A stretch of 64,000 nt of DNA. Origin: Takakia lepidozioides. Its lineage: Eukaryota > Plantae > Bryophyta. The notes beneath the pieces were generated by a model. The model was not told the origin of the DNA and did no database searches. It saw nothing but the letters and a program-made list of their open reading frames with translations. Where the stretch lies: the NCBI GenBank assembly GCA_030704615.1, contig CM060734.1, positions 58,714,001-58,778,000 of the forward strand. The letters are read 5' to 3'. Shown here piece by piece: positions 10,545 through 24,129 of the stretch (position 1 is its first letter; every line of letters starts with the position of its first letter). The translations under genes were made by a program, and so were the position numbers.

Positions 10545-13500
10545 ATGCAAGCCACGATGGGATCCCTTCCTGCGGATTCTCTGTATCTGGGATTCGACAG
10601 CTCCACTCAGTCTGTCTCTTTCCTTCTTCTCCATGCCACTGCAGAAGTTCTGCTTGTACCTGCATGCGAACGCGGGCTTGCATGTGTTAGTGAGTGAGAG
10701 AGACGGGATAATGATTATCTCGTTGTTTGTGCCACCACTTGTGAGCTGAAGGGGTGTGCAGCTTTATCGTTGCAGGGATTAGTCTAGTGGCTAGAGAGAG
10801 AATTCGAATACACATTTCAGCACCGTGAAGAGTTCCTTGTTCCTTTTACTCCACTTCCTCTCGTAGACATTCCCGAACGGTAGTGATGTGATTTCTGACT
10901 TGAGTCTTCCAACGTCTTCTTCCGCAGATCACTGAAGGCGATAGCAATCGACGGGAACCTCCATGTGTTTGCCTTTGAAACTGTTCATTTTGACTCAGAG
11001 CTACCGCACTATGCCACTAGAGACGGTGTACACAGAGACCCCACTGGTAAGGTGCCTTTTACATCTTTGCTTGAGAAGTTTACAAAGGTTAGAGAGGAAA
11101 TCCACCAAACAGGGACCTCCGATTCTTTTCACACAAAGACCCAACAGGCAAGGCGAAATTGTTACATGGGTGAGAGGGAGGAATTCAACTGGTAATTGGT
11201 TCGCGCTAAGACGCAATGACATACTGTTCACCAATTTACACTCCGATTCTACAGAGAGCTTAAGCTTGAGTGTTATCCTTGATCAATGCATGCAGGCAAT
11301 GGCCGGATCACAAGCCCGGTTCTCATGTGGGTTGAGGCATTGGAGCTAGTGCTCAACAAACTGATGAAGGGTGGATTTCCGTTTGAAAGGGTTCGAGCAG
11401 TCTCAGGCAGTGCGCAGCAGCATGGAAGTGTGTATTGGGCGAAAGGTGCTCGTCAGTCTTACCTGAAGAATTTGGACGGGTCAAAAAGCTTGTTAACGCA
11501 GTTAGAGACCGCATTTTCTGTACAAGATTCTCCAGTGTGGATGGACAGTAGCTCTACTTTGCAATGCCGGGCAATTGAAGAAGCCATGGGGGGCCCTGCC
11601 GCTGTTTCTGCCTTGACAGGTAATCTCTGGTTCTATATGTAACTTACATATCAAGTTTGTCCCCCTAGACATGGAAAAGAAACTTCATAATGTGGATTGA
11701 GAGAGATGAGAGAAAGAGGATTATTTGAAGATAGTTTAAATACTAATGACATTTGCTGGCAGGCTCGCGCGCATATGAGAGATTCACAGGACCACAAATC
11801 CGGAAGCTGTTTGAGACCCATGAAAATGCTTACCACAATACCGAAAGAATATCACTGGTCAGCTCTTTCATGGCCTCTATTCTTGTGGGTGAGTATGTGG
11901 CTATAGATCACAGCGATGGAGCCGGTATGAATCTCATGGACCTGAGGCACCGCACTTGGTCACCTAAAGCATTGGAGGTGGGTCACTAAACTACAACCCT
12001 TGGCATTTGCTTTTTCGAGTGTGCTGGTGAAAGCTCTTCCTTTTGAAAGCGGTGATTGATCAAATTGCTCACAATACCCTGGCAATCATACATTGAAGCC
12101 CATTGCGTGTCTTGCTCCCTCATCTTTCCTTTCTTCGGGCTCCCTTTGTCCCATGGGCCCTTGGAGCTTTGGGTATGCTTTAGAGTTTCTTTCTTTTTTT
12201 TCTTCCCTTCTTCCTTCTGCCTGTCTGTGGCCTTCTTACCTCTTCATTCACTTGTTCCATTGGAGAACATTGAGGACATTTTGGTCTTATGACTCCGATG
12301 TCTCATAAAAGTCTGCTCTCTAGTTCTTTGTTTAGATATGCATGGATTGTGTTCGTATAGATTGTGCTTGTGTAGTCTCATCCGTTTTTTTCTGAGGAGT
12401 AAGCCGCATGTGTCTTGCATCAGGCAACTGCCCCACATCTGGAGAGGAAGCTTGGACCATTGGCAGCATCACATGCAGTCGCGGGGAAATTGAATGCCTA
12501 TTTTTTGGAGCGGTATGAGACAACTCTTGACATTATGCTGTTGTAGCTGGCCTGACAGATGTAATGTGATGGAACAGTCACCACATATTCTTGCTTTCTT
12601 TCTCTCCTTGGCAGGCTATGGCAAACAACGTCTTATGAGTACAATCTTTCTCTCCTTGGCCATGCTGCAATGTTAGGCCTCTTGGGAATTTCTCTTCCAG
12701 TGGTGGTCTATACCGCCATTGAGATTTGTGTGGTTTTTTATGCAGGTACCAGTTCAGCAAAGACTGTGTTGTGATACAGTGGTCTGGTGACAACCCTTGC
12801 AGCCTGGCAGGTTCTCTTTTTCTCTCATATATAAGACATCTATTTGAATCCATGTTCCACCAGTGTGCAGTGTTTTCCTTCAATGTCTGCGCCGAGGCTA
12901 GTGGAAGCTATGGTTAGTGCAGGGTGAAGGGTTTGCACTTTTCGCCCTTCATGAACAGGACTCTTCAACAGTAGGCTCTTAGTTTTTCAACAAGATCTTT
13001 CATAACTATTTCACGTGATTGTCTCTGCATGTATAAAATGCAGGTTTGGCATTGGACAAGCCTGGTGACCTTGCTATTAGTCTTGGGACAAGCGACACTG
13101 TAAGTCTTCTCTCTCATTTTCACTAAGCCTTTTCAAATGCTTAGACTTATATATAGGATACAGTCATCCATCAACTAGGATGCTGCAGTGTGCTGAGGAC
13201 ATCACTCTATGCCTCCCTCGTGCAGGCCTGAAAATGAAAGAGTAGCTCTCGGTGAGCTCTTTGTGGCCTGAATGCAGGTGTTTGGTGTCACTAAGGACCC
13301 CTTGCCAGGATTGGAGGGGCAGGTGTTCCCCAACCCAGTTGATCCACACAGCTACGTGGTGATGCTATGCTACAAGAATGGCTCTCTCGCCAGAGAAGGT
13401 ACAGTTTCTCAGAATACATAAAATGACGTTTTTTTATCCTCTATAAGGTCACCGTCACTTCTGGTACTCTCTGGAATGGGCCGGTGTTGACACAGAAGTG

Positions 13501-14975
13501 TTGCATGATTGGAATTTGGGTTTCAGAAGTACGCAACCGATGTGCTCATGGATCCTGGGAGATATTCAACGAGTTCCTTGAACAAACTCGTGCCTTAAAT
13601 GGTGAGAAATATTGTTGGCTAGATAGTTGTTTGATCTTCGCGCATAGCATCTGCTGTCGTCTCTCTACTAACCTACGTCCCACAATGGTAGGAATTCGTG
13701 GTAGTAACAGGGAGTTGATGACCCAGTTTGTTATACACTGTTACTAGCTCAAATGAAGAGCTGGTGGTTGGTTTATGAGACAGGAGGCAAGATGGGCTTC
13801 TACTACAAGGACTTCGAAATACTGCCTCCATTACCTGGTGTGGTTTTCATCATATCCTACCATGTCGGTCTGATTGTGTTTGTGTCTACAAGCTTTTCTC
13901 TTGCTCACTTAAGATGTGAGTTTCATGTGCACATACATAATTCACTTCTCATGGATATGATAGTGCATACGGCTTTGCTGGTGCTCCCAAATTGCACTTG
14001 TTTAATGGTTCAATCTGTGTGAAACAGTCGGCATCCACCGGTTTGTTCTTGGAGGAGTGAACAGCAACACATTCAGCTCTCATGAAGCTCAAAGAGTACC
14101 ACTTTTTGATCCCTCGAGTGAGGTGTGCTGTACAAACACCACTATGTCTCACCAAAATCCTCAAATTACCAGCTGCAACAGGTGGCCCTCTGTCATTCAC
14201 CTTTTGTCCTAACCTTGGTGCTTTCTATAGGTGCGAGCGGTGGTTGAAGGGCAATTTCTATCCATGAGAGCTCATGCCAAGAGGCTTGGGATGTCTTGTC
14301 CCCCTGAGCGAGTAATTGCCACTGGCGGGGGGTCAATAAACCGGCACCTGCTTGCTTTGATTGCCTCGATTTTTGGTTGTTCCGTCTACACTGGGCAGAG
14401 ACCTGGTAGGTTTTCCCTTAAGACCTTTCACTATGAAAGAACCCTGGTTCTGAGTTTGTTAGAATTGAGTTCCAACTCCCTATCATGCATATAAATGTGT
14501 CTAAATAATGCAGCAAAATGGGTTTTCCTTTTATCTTGATCAGTCCACGTGGATGCCTCTCTCTCTCTCTTCGGTGTCTCTCTCTTTATGCCAAACTACT
14601 GGAGTGAGCCCTTCACAAATGTAGTGTCGGTCCCCTATATTTCCGTCCAAACTGGGCGCAGGTTCTCTGGCCACAAGGCTACAAACAAAGTCTTATGAGT
14701 ACGTTCTCTTTGGTGGTTCAGATTCAGCATCCCTGGGTGCAGCGTTGAGGGCAGCACATGGATGGATGTGTAAAGAGAAAGGGGCCTTTGTGCCAATATC
14801 TTTCTTGTTTGATAATGCATCCAAGGATGGTGCAATTCAATGTCAGCTGTCGGTAAGTGCAGATGCAAGCGAGCTCTATGGCAGCTATGGCCGATTGGCT
14901 GCAGTGAGGGCCGAGCTAGAGCAACAGCTTTTAGATGAATACCATGCCTGTGATCTTCTCAGTACTCAGCAATAG
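10545..14975 (+). CDS. XK2: Xylulose kinase (FGGY family, plant XK-2 type), multi-exon
   Basis: Exons encode DSLYLGFDSSTQ|SLKA, VSGSAQQHGSVYW, DSPVWMDSS, YERFTGPQIRK, DGAGMNLMD, WSGDNP, SLGTSDT, VRAVVEGQFLSMR and IATGGGS; GT-AG introns. Confidence 0.95.
12613..12645 (+). mobile_element. 33-bp LINE family A 3' tail with 15-bp TSD
   Basis: aggctatggcaaacaacgtcttatgagtacaat flanked by ctttctctccttggc (12598-12612 and 12646-12660). Confidence 0.85.
14557..14702 (+). mobile_element. (CT)n plus about 110-bp LINE family A-like tail (SINE-like or subfamily), intronic
   Basis: Matches the reverse complement of 56524-56635 and 36886-36995. Confidence 0.75.
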
Positions 14976-15624
14976 TCAACTTGTCGATCTGGCTTGTTTT
15001 TAAAGCTATTTTGAACTCGACAAAGATTGTTAATATAAGAATTGATGAGATCTACATCTGTCAATGAAGTTTCTTGTTTCTTCCCCATATATTCAACTGT
15101 TCAGAGAAAGCGTGCAGGATTAACAACTCTTGGACAAGCTATTTGCATTACTTTTTGCAGAATCTGGACCTAGCATGTTTCTTCTTAGAGAATCTCTTTC
15201 AAATAGAGATTGAGGCCTGGGGGATTTGGCTATCATCTGAGAAATGAGACAAAAATATAACTATGAAAATCGCCATTTAAACATGGAGCATCTTATGGAG
15301 GTGCATGGCTAAGCATTTATGGTATCATACTTGTCTTTTCCAGGGATGAAGAAAGAGGAGAGCAAGGCTGAGGTGGGAGAGTTTGACCTGCAGTTTTGCT
15401 TATGAAAAATCTGCTTTAACTGTGCGCCCCACTTGTGCAACTCACGATTCACAAGTTAGAATTCTTGGTGTGCATGCTCAGTCCAAAGCCTACTGTTGCA
15501 TTGCAAGGTCACCATCTTCTTTTGGTACTGTGGCTTTCATGGATGAGAACTAAATCATCCTTGCAGTGAGGGGCATCTTTGACGTGAACAAAGAAGGGGG
15601 ACAAAAAAACGGAGTTTTGAATGC

Positions 15625-18600
15625 ATGGGAGGGAGAGCGATGGCGGAGAGAGCCCCAGCTCTCTTGGCACGCAATCGTTCTCTTGAGCGACGCGATTTCG
15701 GTGTTGAGACTGTTGGGGAGGGAAGGAGGCCGTCAGGAGGAGGAGGAGGAGGGGGAGAGGAAGGGAGAGCTGGAATAGACCATCGTGCTAGTTGGTACGG
15801 AGACAGAGGAGGCGGGTTTATACATGCGAGGGGCAGGAGGGGAAGGAATTTGAATGGGTTTTCTGGGGGAGGAGAGACCGGCTATGGAGGTGGGCGAGGA
15901 AGAGGTTATGGTGAAGGGGGTTCTAGACACGGGTGGTTTGAGGGCAGAAACCACAGTGATTACAAGCAGACAAAGGAAAGTGATGTTCGAGTCAGAGTTT
16001 CACAGGGACGGAGCCGTGAAATGGAATTCACTGGTTATGGGAACCACGGCAGACAGGAGAGAAATTCTTCTTGGGAGAGGGATAACTCTTCTTGGGACCA
16101 GGCCCAAGAGAGGTATGGTCCAGACCGACAGGAGGATGGATGGGGAAGACGACAAGGAGGTGGTCCTGGAGAGGAACGTGGAAGCGACGTCCAGGTTACG
16201 GTCTCGAGGGCCGGGGGTTGTGAGATGGGTCTCAAGGGAGGAATCTCTAGGGGAGCGTTTCGCACACAAGGCAGCTTTTCGGCCGACGACGAGAGGACGA
16301 GTGGTTTTGCAAACAGCGATGGCCAATTTGGCAGTAGAGACAGAGTTGGAAACTCCAGCCAGACAGGAGGCAGGGAAGCGTTTAGACGTGAGAGAAGTAA
16401 CAGGTGGGATAGAGATGGGGCTAGCAGTGTTACATCTACTGAGGGCAACCAAGCACGGGTTCGTAGAGATGCATCTAATAGTTCTGGTGGTTCACGAAAT
16501 GATCCAAGAGGTGGGTCTGGTCGGCCCAGAAATGAGAGGCGACATGGCATGAACGAAGTTAGTGATAGAAGGGATGGGAACTGGAGAGAAGGCTGGGAAC
16601 CGGAGTTGAAAGAAGGGAAACCAAGGGCTGGCCATGAGGGCCACAGGCCACAGGGCACGCATGCAAAGCAAAACGTAGGAGGCGAAGGTAGTGGTTGGGA
16701 AGAGAGAGAGACAGGGAGTGGTAGAGAAAGCAGAGAGGGGATTGTTACAAAGAAAAAATCAGGTGGTCGGTACAGTGGATGGGAAGACACGGAGAGCTTG
16801 ATCGGGGCTAGTGCAACCCACAATATGGGGAGCGAGTTGACTGGGAGTGGAGGGGATGAAGCGAGCCGGTCTAAGGGCCTTGGTAGGAAATTCCTTGAAG
16901 GAGAGGTGAGGCTGGCACGTGATGATGCCAACGCAAACGGGAGACAAAGCCTCCAAGTTCTTGCTAGTGCCTCAGTTAACTATGGGAGTGCAGTGGACTT
17001 TCCTAAAGGTCCCATGGAGAAGGTCAGTGTCATTCAAGATACTAGTCAATGGTGGAGTTGCCATCATGTATTGGAAGAGTGATTTTAGAGTCTTGCCAAC
17101 GCAGAACAAGTACCCACACTCTCTTGCTTTACGAATTGTGTTTGTGACTAAGAATCTATTATTACTGCCATAATCACATCACAGAGTCCTCAATACATTA
17201 TCTACTGTCTGATACGGAGTTATGAATGGTCTTTGGACCTGTGTATGACTGCATACTGAAAGAAACTTACATGCGAATATTACAAAATAAAATGAGTTCA
17301 TCTAGTTCAAATGAGACTTGCCTGAATAAGAAAAAGTAAGCCTTGCAGTGATATTGAGTTGGGCTGGTGTTGCATCACACCGCTGAGAAGTTTGACGGGA
17401 GAATCAGAAGCAGGAGGTTGGAAAAATCAAGGAGAGGGAGGCCATCCCTGCCCGTGCGACGCCAGTCTACGATGAAGCTGAGATTGGAATGGGGAGTGAA
17501 GGCAGCACACTACCTTGCATTGTTGGCACTTGCCCAGATATGTGCCCAGGTAAGCCTTCTACAATTGATAGATATACTCCTGCAACTCTACTTGCCACAG
17601 TGCTGTGACTTGTGTTCATATAGGTGTGTTTGTGAGAGAGGGAGGAAGAAAGAGGAATGAAAAAGGTAAGGAAATTTAGTACTTCGATCAGGGCAGAAAT
17701 TCAAGAAACGGTGCAAAGTCAATAACATGGTGGGTTGCTCCAGCCAGGGAAAGGGAACTACGGGAGAGGCTTAGGGATTTGGCGGTGTGGGAGCGTTTGA
17801 ATGGGAGTTTGTGCAAGACATCAGCAGAGCTTGCTGTAAAGAAGGTAAACATCTTTTTGGCCCATTTCACCAAAACGCCAAGAAATCTGTAGTTGTTGGT
17901 TCCCAAGTGAAGGGTACAATTTGCTTTGTGTGATTGTGATCTCCCCATTTACTTCAGGGGAGTGGAAGATGATGGATTCCTGCATGGCTAATGTCTCTTT
18001 TCCCCAAAAAGCCATAATTGAACAATCTTATCCAAGTGAAAACTCTAGCACAGCCTTGAAAGCAGTCTGCAACCTCAACTTCTTTTCAACAGTTTTGCAG
18101 GACGTTTTCAAGTACAGATATCCAACCATCGGACGTGCGACCACTGCCTGTGTTGTGGCGGACTCTGCATTACTTGCTACGCTTGCTGGATAGTGGTGAC
18201 TTTCCATTTGAAGTGGCACATTCATTTCTCTTTGACCGCACTCGGGCAATCCGACAAGAACTTGGCATGCAGCGCATCTCCAATGGCCAAGCTATCCATA
18301 TTTATGAAGACATTGTGCGTGTCTTTTAAGTCTTCTTCGCCCCCCTCTGTCTGCTCTGCACCAGTAATGTGTAGGTTTTCTTTCTTTCTGCAATATCATG
18401 TATGCTTCAATGGGCCATCTGTCTGTGTTCTCCCCTTCACCCTTTCTTTCCATTTCTGCTACTGTAGGGTTCTAAGTACTATCTGCTGTCTTGTGGTGGA
18501 CTCAATGTGGTAGATACAATATTGTGTAGTTACCCTAGATTAATTTATCGTGGCTATGCATCAAACAAGTGAATGCAGGTACGTTTTCACATTTTTTCAG

Positions 18601-19654
18601 AAAGAGAGTTGTCAGCTGCCCCTGGAAAAAAAGTGGATTCACAGCTTAATCTGCAACAGCTCTCGAAGTCTCTTTTCACCCTCCTGAACATGTATGCTGT
18701 TGAGGACTCCAAATATGGTCTCCAAAATGAAGCAGAGTTTCACTGTTACTATGTGCTTTTGAATCTGGGTAATCGTGATCATTTCAAGGTAGGCACTCTG
18801 GTAGATAAGTTACCAGTGTTGATGAAGCTTTTCTAGGTTTGTTGCGGTGTTGTGTTGTGCACAGTTGGGCTGCTGATGGCGTGTTAGGTTTTCTTTGAAG
18901 CACCATACAGTAAGGGTACCACATTGTTTCCCTTTGAATATTTCCTAAGATACTTGGCTCTCCCTCTCCGTTTCTATCTTGTCAGCAGCATTACAGCTTA
19001 GACATAACCTGTTGCACTAAAGCGGATTTTTGGGATATGGATTTTCAGGGAGAGCCATTGTCTCTATGGTTTCGCAGCGTGCCTCACTCAGTGCTGAGAG
19101 CCCCAGAGATGCTCTTTGCACGGAAAGTGCTAAGGTACTCACTTCCATGTCATATCTATCAAAAAGTAGAGGACTTTATCTCAGATGTCTGCTTTACATT
19201 GTTCTTGTCTGATGGTTGGTCATTGTTTGTTTTATTTTCTGTAGCTCAAAAGCACGTGTGATGCAGGTGCTATCGCATGGATTGTTACAAAGGGTTTTTT
19301 AGTCTTGTGAGAAAGGCAACATACCTCCAAGCTTGCCTAATGGAACTTTTCTTCAACCAAGCTCGGCTTGTTGCATTGGAAGCTCTGAACGTAGGGGGAT
19401 ACAAACTGCACCCCTATCCTTTGGCCAAAATAGCAGAGCTTCTGCTCATGGAGGAGAGCAATGTTGAGGAGATGTGCAGGCTTTGTGGTCTATCCACAGG
19501 GGTGGACAGTACTAGCAAGGCTCCATCATTATTGGTCAAGCAATCCTCCTTCAAGTCCCCGGCCAATGCGGAGTTGCGGTATTGGTGCTTTCCAATTAGT
19601 CACAAGCGGGCCACTTCTCAGTATGAAGAAATTACTTTAGGAGGCAAGTTGTAG
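15625..19654 (+). CDS. SAC3/GANP family protein (SAC3C-like) with long RG-rich N-terminal extension, multi-exon
   Basis: [10 protein letters not shown]|[48 protein letters not shown] and ATYLQACLM. Exon 1 probably 15625-17022 (AAG|GTCAGT), spliced in phase 0 to 17408. Confidence 0.9.
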
Positions 19655-20299
19655 TGACTCAAATAGGTATGCATGGTTGGGATGGCTTAACAGAGACTTG
19701 GTTCTCCATCTAGTCAGTAATTGTTGGAAAGTGTACATTGAATGTATCCTTCTCTTGTTTGATTTTCTCTATCCTCACTGCCTGGATGTGTTGGCTATAT
19801 TGTTCTGCACCTAGCTCTAGCCTTCCTTCTCCTGCCCATGCATTTCAAGTTTCATGCTCTTTAGTTGATAGTAACAGGCATGTGTCACCACGCCGCCCCA
19901 AAGTAAAGCCTTGGTGCGGAAACCACAGGCCACAAAGTCAAACCACAAGATCCCCAAAGCGCAATTCAAACATAACTTCTCTAAAAGTTTGTCAGTAATA
20001 ATGGAAATAAAATTGAAGTGGCACATACATGGATGAGAGAAGGCTAAATATGAGCTACTTCAAGCCACTGATGCAGCCACTCGTACCTAAGAAGCTCGAC
20101 CAGTGCTTGCTTGCGCCTTTGTATTTGTGACTCCAGAATGTGAATCAGTGTCTGTCTGGCCTTTGCAATCCACCACCCCCTCAGCATTTAGAGTGCACAG
20201 GACAGTTGTCACTTTGCTACTAGCTTTGATACTGTCCTGTTCAGGTAGAACCATCAAACTTGGCACTCATGCAAGAAACATGCCAGATGAGAGGAAAAC

Positions 20300-20470
20300 C
20301 TGACAAGGCTGGAGAGCGTTGAGTAGCTGGTGCAAATTACAGAGAATTGATATGACTTTCTCAACTTGAGAGGGACACTGGAAGGGTTGTTCAACTATTG
20401 CATCAGTTAGCTCCAAACACTGCAGCAAAAGCTCTCTGTTCAATGCCCGAAGCTCCTTCTTGTAATCTGG
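20300..20470 (-). pseudogene. MED7: Mediator subunit 7 (MED7) fragment
   Basis: DYKKELRALNRELLLQCLELTDAIVEQP...LCNLHQLLNALQPCQ resembles the MED7 core (DFKKELRSLNREL...NLHHLLNSLRPHQ); both termini are missing. Confidence 0.75.
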
Positions 20471-20535
20471 AGCCAAAGTTGCATCCTTCATCATTGTTCT
20501 TTCTGACCTTCACTAATATGCTGTGGCTTGGACAG

Positions 20536-22132
20536 TCACAACGAGACCACATCTGGCTTCAACCCTACAGCCTCCATCTCTTGTAGCAAGGCCTCAGCAA
20601 CTTCACATTGTCCTGCGAGGCCATAACCATGGAGCTTTCCCTTTCTCAGGTAAGTTATGAGGATACAGAATGTCAGAGAGTTAGGCTCAGTACCCCACCT
20701 CTGCATTTCCTCTAGCAAACAAAAAATCTCACTTTTCCTGCACCACAAAGAGAGTATAGGTGAAGACAGAACAGGGTTAGCAACAGCATGTGTGGCTCAA
20801 TAATTAACTGGGTCAATGATTTCAATAAACCTCCCAGAAATTTTCTAGTGTCTATAGCCCCAGAATGTGCCCATTGTGGTGGCCCTCATTGTGGTACTAA
20901 GGTGATTGTGGAGTAAATTGACAGAGACAGAAGAGTAAAGGAGAAATATGATAGGGTGGGGCTAAAATTATTCTGTATCTGTCCCACACAAGATTGTCAT
21001 AGGCAGAGAACTACTCGTAAGCTTTGAATAGCTTTGAAGAAATTCCTGCTCCCTCCCATGCCCATTCTGTAGCATGATTATCTGTACCACCCCTTGACCA
21101 AACACTCAACCTCATGTCACCAGATTGCTGTCAGCTGTGCTATAGCAATGTGGCAATTTAAGCTGAGTCTCTGGTACCCTGGTGGGCTGAAACCTGGCAA
21201 CTGGCTACCAGACCATCAGGTATTGGGAGTGTCAAGGACTTCTCCGGGCACAGTCGCCGAGCACATTCTCTCTCTAATCTATGACAAAAGCTGTCACACA
21301 GTTGTGCAGGTGCATGCACGAAAGCATAGAAAGAAACCACAGTATTGAACGTCATCTCGCACTCTCTCCGAGCTCTTACCTGCCACAGTTCAGAAGTGCT
21401 GTCATCAAGGCATTGTAGACATGGACACACCGAAAGGATTCCCCCAGTGGCATATTGTGTAAGAGCAGATGATAGAAAAGCTTCTTGAATCTAGAAGGCA
21501 AGGCTCGTGAAGACGCATCCACTGAAAGAATGCATGAACAACCGCTCCTCTCCCAATGCTTCCAACACAAAGTTTCCCTCAATAATACTGAGTTTATTGG
21601 TAAATTCATCCAGGTGATCTTCCAAGGAGTGTTTTTTAAGTGAATTATTGGCAATTCGAAGAATTTCACTGACTGGGCCTAACAGTTTGGGCTCCTGAGT
21701 GGGAAGATCTGAACTATGAATCAACCAGCCTATGCTGTCCTGGGATGATATTTTGTCTGAAGGGGGGGATGTACACCCTCAAATCTTGATCTTTATCCCT
21801 CCACCTCCGCCGTGCAGGAAAGAGTGATTCATCTTTACAGATTGCAGCTCCTCGAGGTTGCAGTCCAAGAGTTTGAGAGGCCTCCTGGCTACTTGAACCC
21901 TGCTTCCTTCTGCAGGCGGGTCCCAGCTTCCACCGCGAGATTGGAGAAATTCCCTGAGTAAATCTCTGGTTTTTTCTTCAACCATCTCCAGCATCTCATC
22001 TGCCTCTCCACCAGTTGAGGCAGTTGAGGCACTGGCTCTCAAGCCCTTGAAATATGTTGACAGAAGCTGAGCATTCATCGTCGCCTCTTGACAGACTTTG
22101 CTTCTCGAAACAACCCCCACGGCTCGATTCAC
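20536..22132 (-). pseudogene. P-class PPR gene remnant (resembles chloroplast At5g50280/EMB1006-type), frameshifted and deleted
   Basis: GPVSEILRIA...; FRCVHVYNALMTALLNCGR; EMQRWGTEPNSLTFCILITYLRK; AEALLQEMEAVGLKPDVVS. Confidence 0.7.
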
Positions 22133-22629
22133 GATCTCGCCTGTATTGTTCCGTCATAACTTAATTCTCCCATTAGCCTCCAAACTCTGCTCAAGAACGT
22201 GTGCTTTTTACCGAACTTTCAACAAAGATATTACTGTGCTCTTCCAAAGTGGCAGTGGTCACGGGCCTACATCGACCACCGGTTCGTCGTCGTGCCCTTC
22301 TGATGGCTCCTACTAGTGGTTAGCGCTTCCATGTAGCCGCCAGATGGGTCTCACATGCAATTGCCACTTTCACATGCAATAGCCATGTGGGGCCCGCATG
22401 CAATATGTACCCACCCTTTCGGACAGCCCCACCGTCTTTGGCTGATTTTATTTTTTGAACGACTTGGGGTACATAAATTGGAACGTTAGAAAAACTTAAA
22501 TGCCAAGACCTTCCCTCCCTGGACGATTTCAGAGACCACTCTACAACAATCTCCAGACTGCAAACATAAGCTGTGTTAGCATCTGTATAAGTCTGGATAT
22601 GTTCGTTGTTCCTCATCGTGCAGAGCCCA

Positions 22630-24129
22630 ATGGAGCCCAAAACAACTTGCATGAATGTGGTTGAAAGCTCACTAGCACCCCTCAGTAAAGGACCTTGTCA
22701 AAATGTTGATGCTGTCGGAAATTCGAGCACAAACCTCTACCTTGGAGCACGGAGCAGAGCTGGCACGAGTTTTTTAAAGATCCTTCACGATGGTGGGACA
22801 ACCGCAATCGCAAGGTGTGGCTTTTTCTTAATGTACGATGTGAAGAAGTTTGTCCATCCTGCAAATGTGGGCTCTTGGCTCCTGTTAGTACCATGATTTG
22901 GTATTCTTCCTGATGTTTACAAGGTTCTTGGGAGAGTCAGCTTGGTCTTAGCAGGCCGTGTTTCAATCTCTGCCTGCTCAGCTGCACCGTGGTGGTTCTC
23001 ACAGACCAATCCGACATTACCTGACTACAGACACAAGCAGCACACACAAGAGGTCCTTTTGGGTTGATGGTCCGTCAAATCCTCCATGGGTCATGACACA
23101 AGGTCAAGGACAATGCGGTGAGGGCACCTTCTTCTTCGACCTATTTCAGCCTGTTTTGCCCTCTCATCAGACTCGGCCCTGAATTTGCATATTGAATTCT
23201 GTAAGTTAGCTCGTTGGGTGGATCTGTGGTGGTTTGGAGTGACTTTGACAAGTTACTGCCGATGTGGCAGCAGGAAAGTATCCAAAAACAGATAACAGAG
23301 ATGAGGAGAAGCTTTGGAATGAACACTTTTCGGACCCCAGTCAAGGGTGGGACAATGGAGACCAAAAGGTAAATGCCTGTTGGAAGCAGACGCAAGTCAG
23401 CATAGAAACCAGTGTGATAAGTATGGTTGGGGTGTTTGCTGGAAGAATTCTAGGCTGTCATTGTCAGTTGCTAGCAGCAAGGCAAGGATGTATGCATAAT
23501 TTGTGCAGAGGCATGGATAGCTGAAGGAGCAGGGATAGAGTGTGGGTCCAGATTCATCCAAGAGGGCCGGATTTCAAGCTCCAGATTACCTATGATTCCC
23601 TGTGGAAGGATAGCTACAAGAAACCTGCATGGGTAGATGGTCAACTGGAAGCCGCAGCAGCAGCAGCACAATTGATAAAATCAGGCACTGCTAATGAAGG
23701 CACCTTCTTCAACACATTTCACCCTGTTTTTCCCTCTTATCAGAACTGGCCCTAAATTTCCGTGTTGAATTCTGCAAGTTAGCTGGTTGAGTGAATCTAG
23801 TTTGGAGTGACTTTGACATGATACTGCCAATGTGACAACGGGAAAGTATCCAGAAACAGGTAACAGAGATGAGGAGAAGCTGTGGAATGAATACTTTTCT
23901 GACCCCAGTCAATGGTGGGACCACCGAGGCAAAAAGGTGAATGCCTGTTCGATTACAGAGAGTAGCAAACGCAATTCAGCATAGGAACTAGTGTGATAAG
24001 CTGAGTTGGGTGTTTCCTAGAACAAGTCTAGGCTGTCATTGTCAGCTGCTAGCAGCAAGGCAAGGATGTATGCATGATTTGTGCAGAGGAATGGATAGCT
24101 GAAGGAGCAGGGATGGAGTGTGGGTCCAG
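22630..24129 (+). CDS. 5' exons of the PPR-DYW gene encoding three OSB-type PDF motifs, partly degenerate; start codon uncertain
   Basis: WHEFFKDPSRWWDNRNRK|TNPTLPDYRHK..WVDGPSNPPWV; EEKLWNEHFSDPSQGWDNGDQK|IHPRGPDFK..; EEKLWNEYFSDPSQWWDHRGKK|IHPRGPDFKHK... Each motif is split by a GT-AG intron at the same position (22815-23004, 23369-23551, 23937-24129). Confidence 0.75.

Noticed and set aside
15854-16931. Long overlapping and antisense ORFs (232 and 298 aa)
   Set aside because: By-products of the purine-rich, low-complexity SAC3 exon 1.
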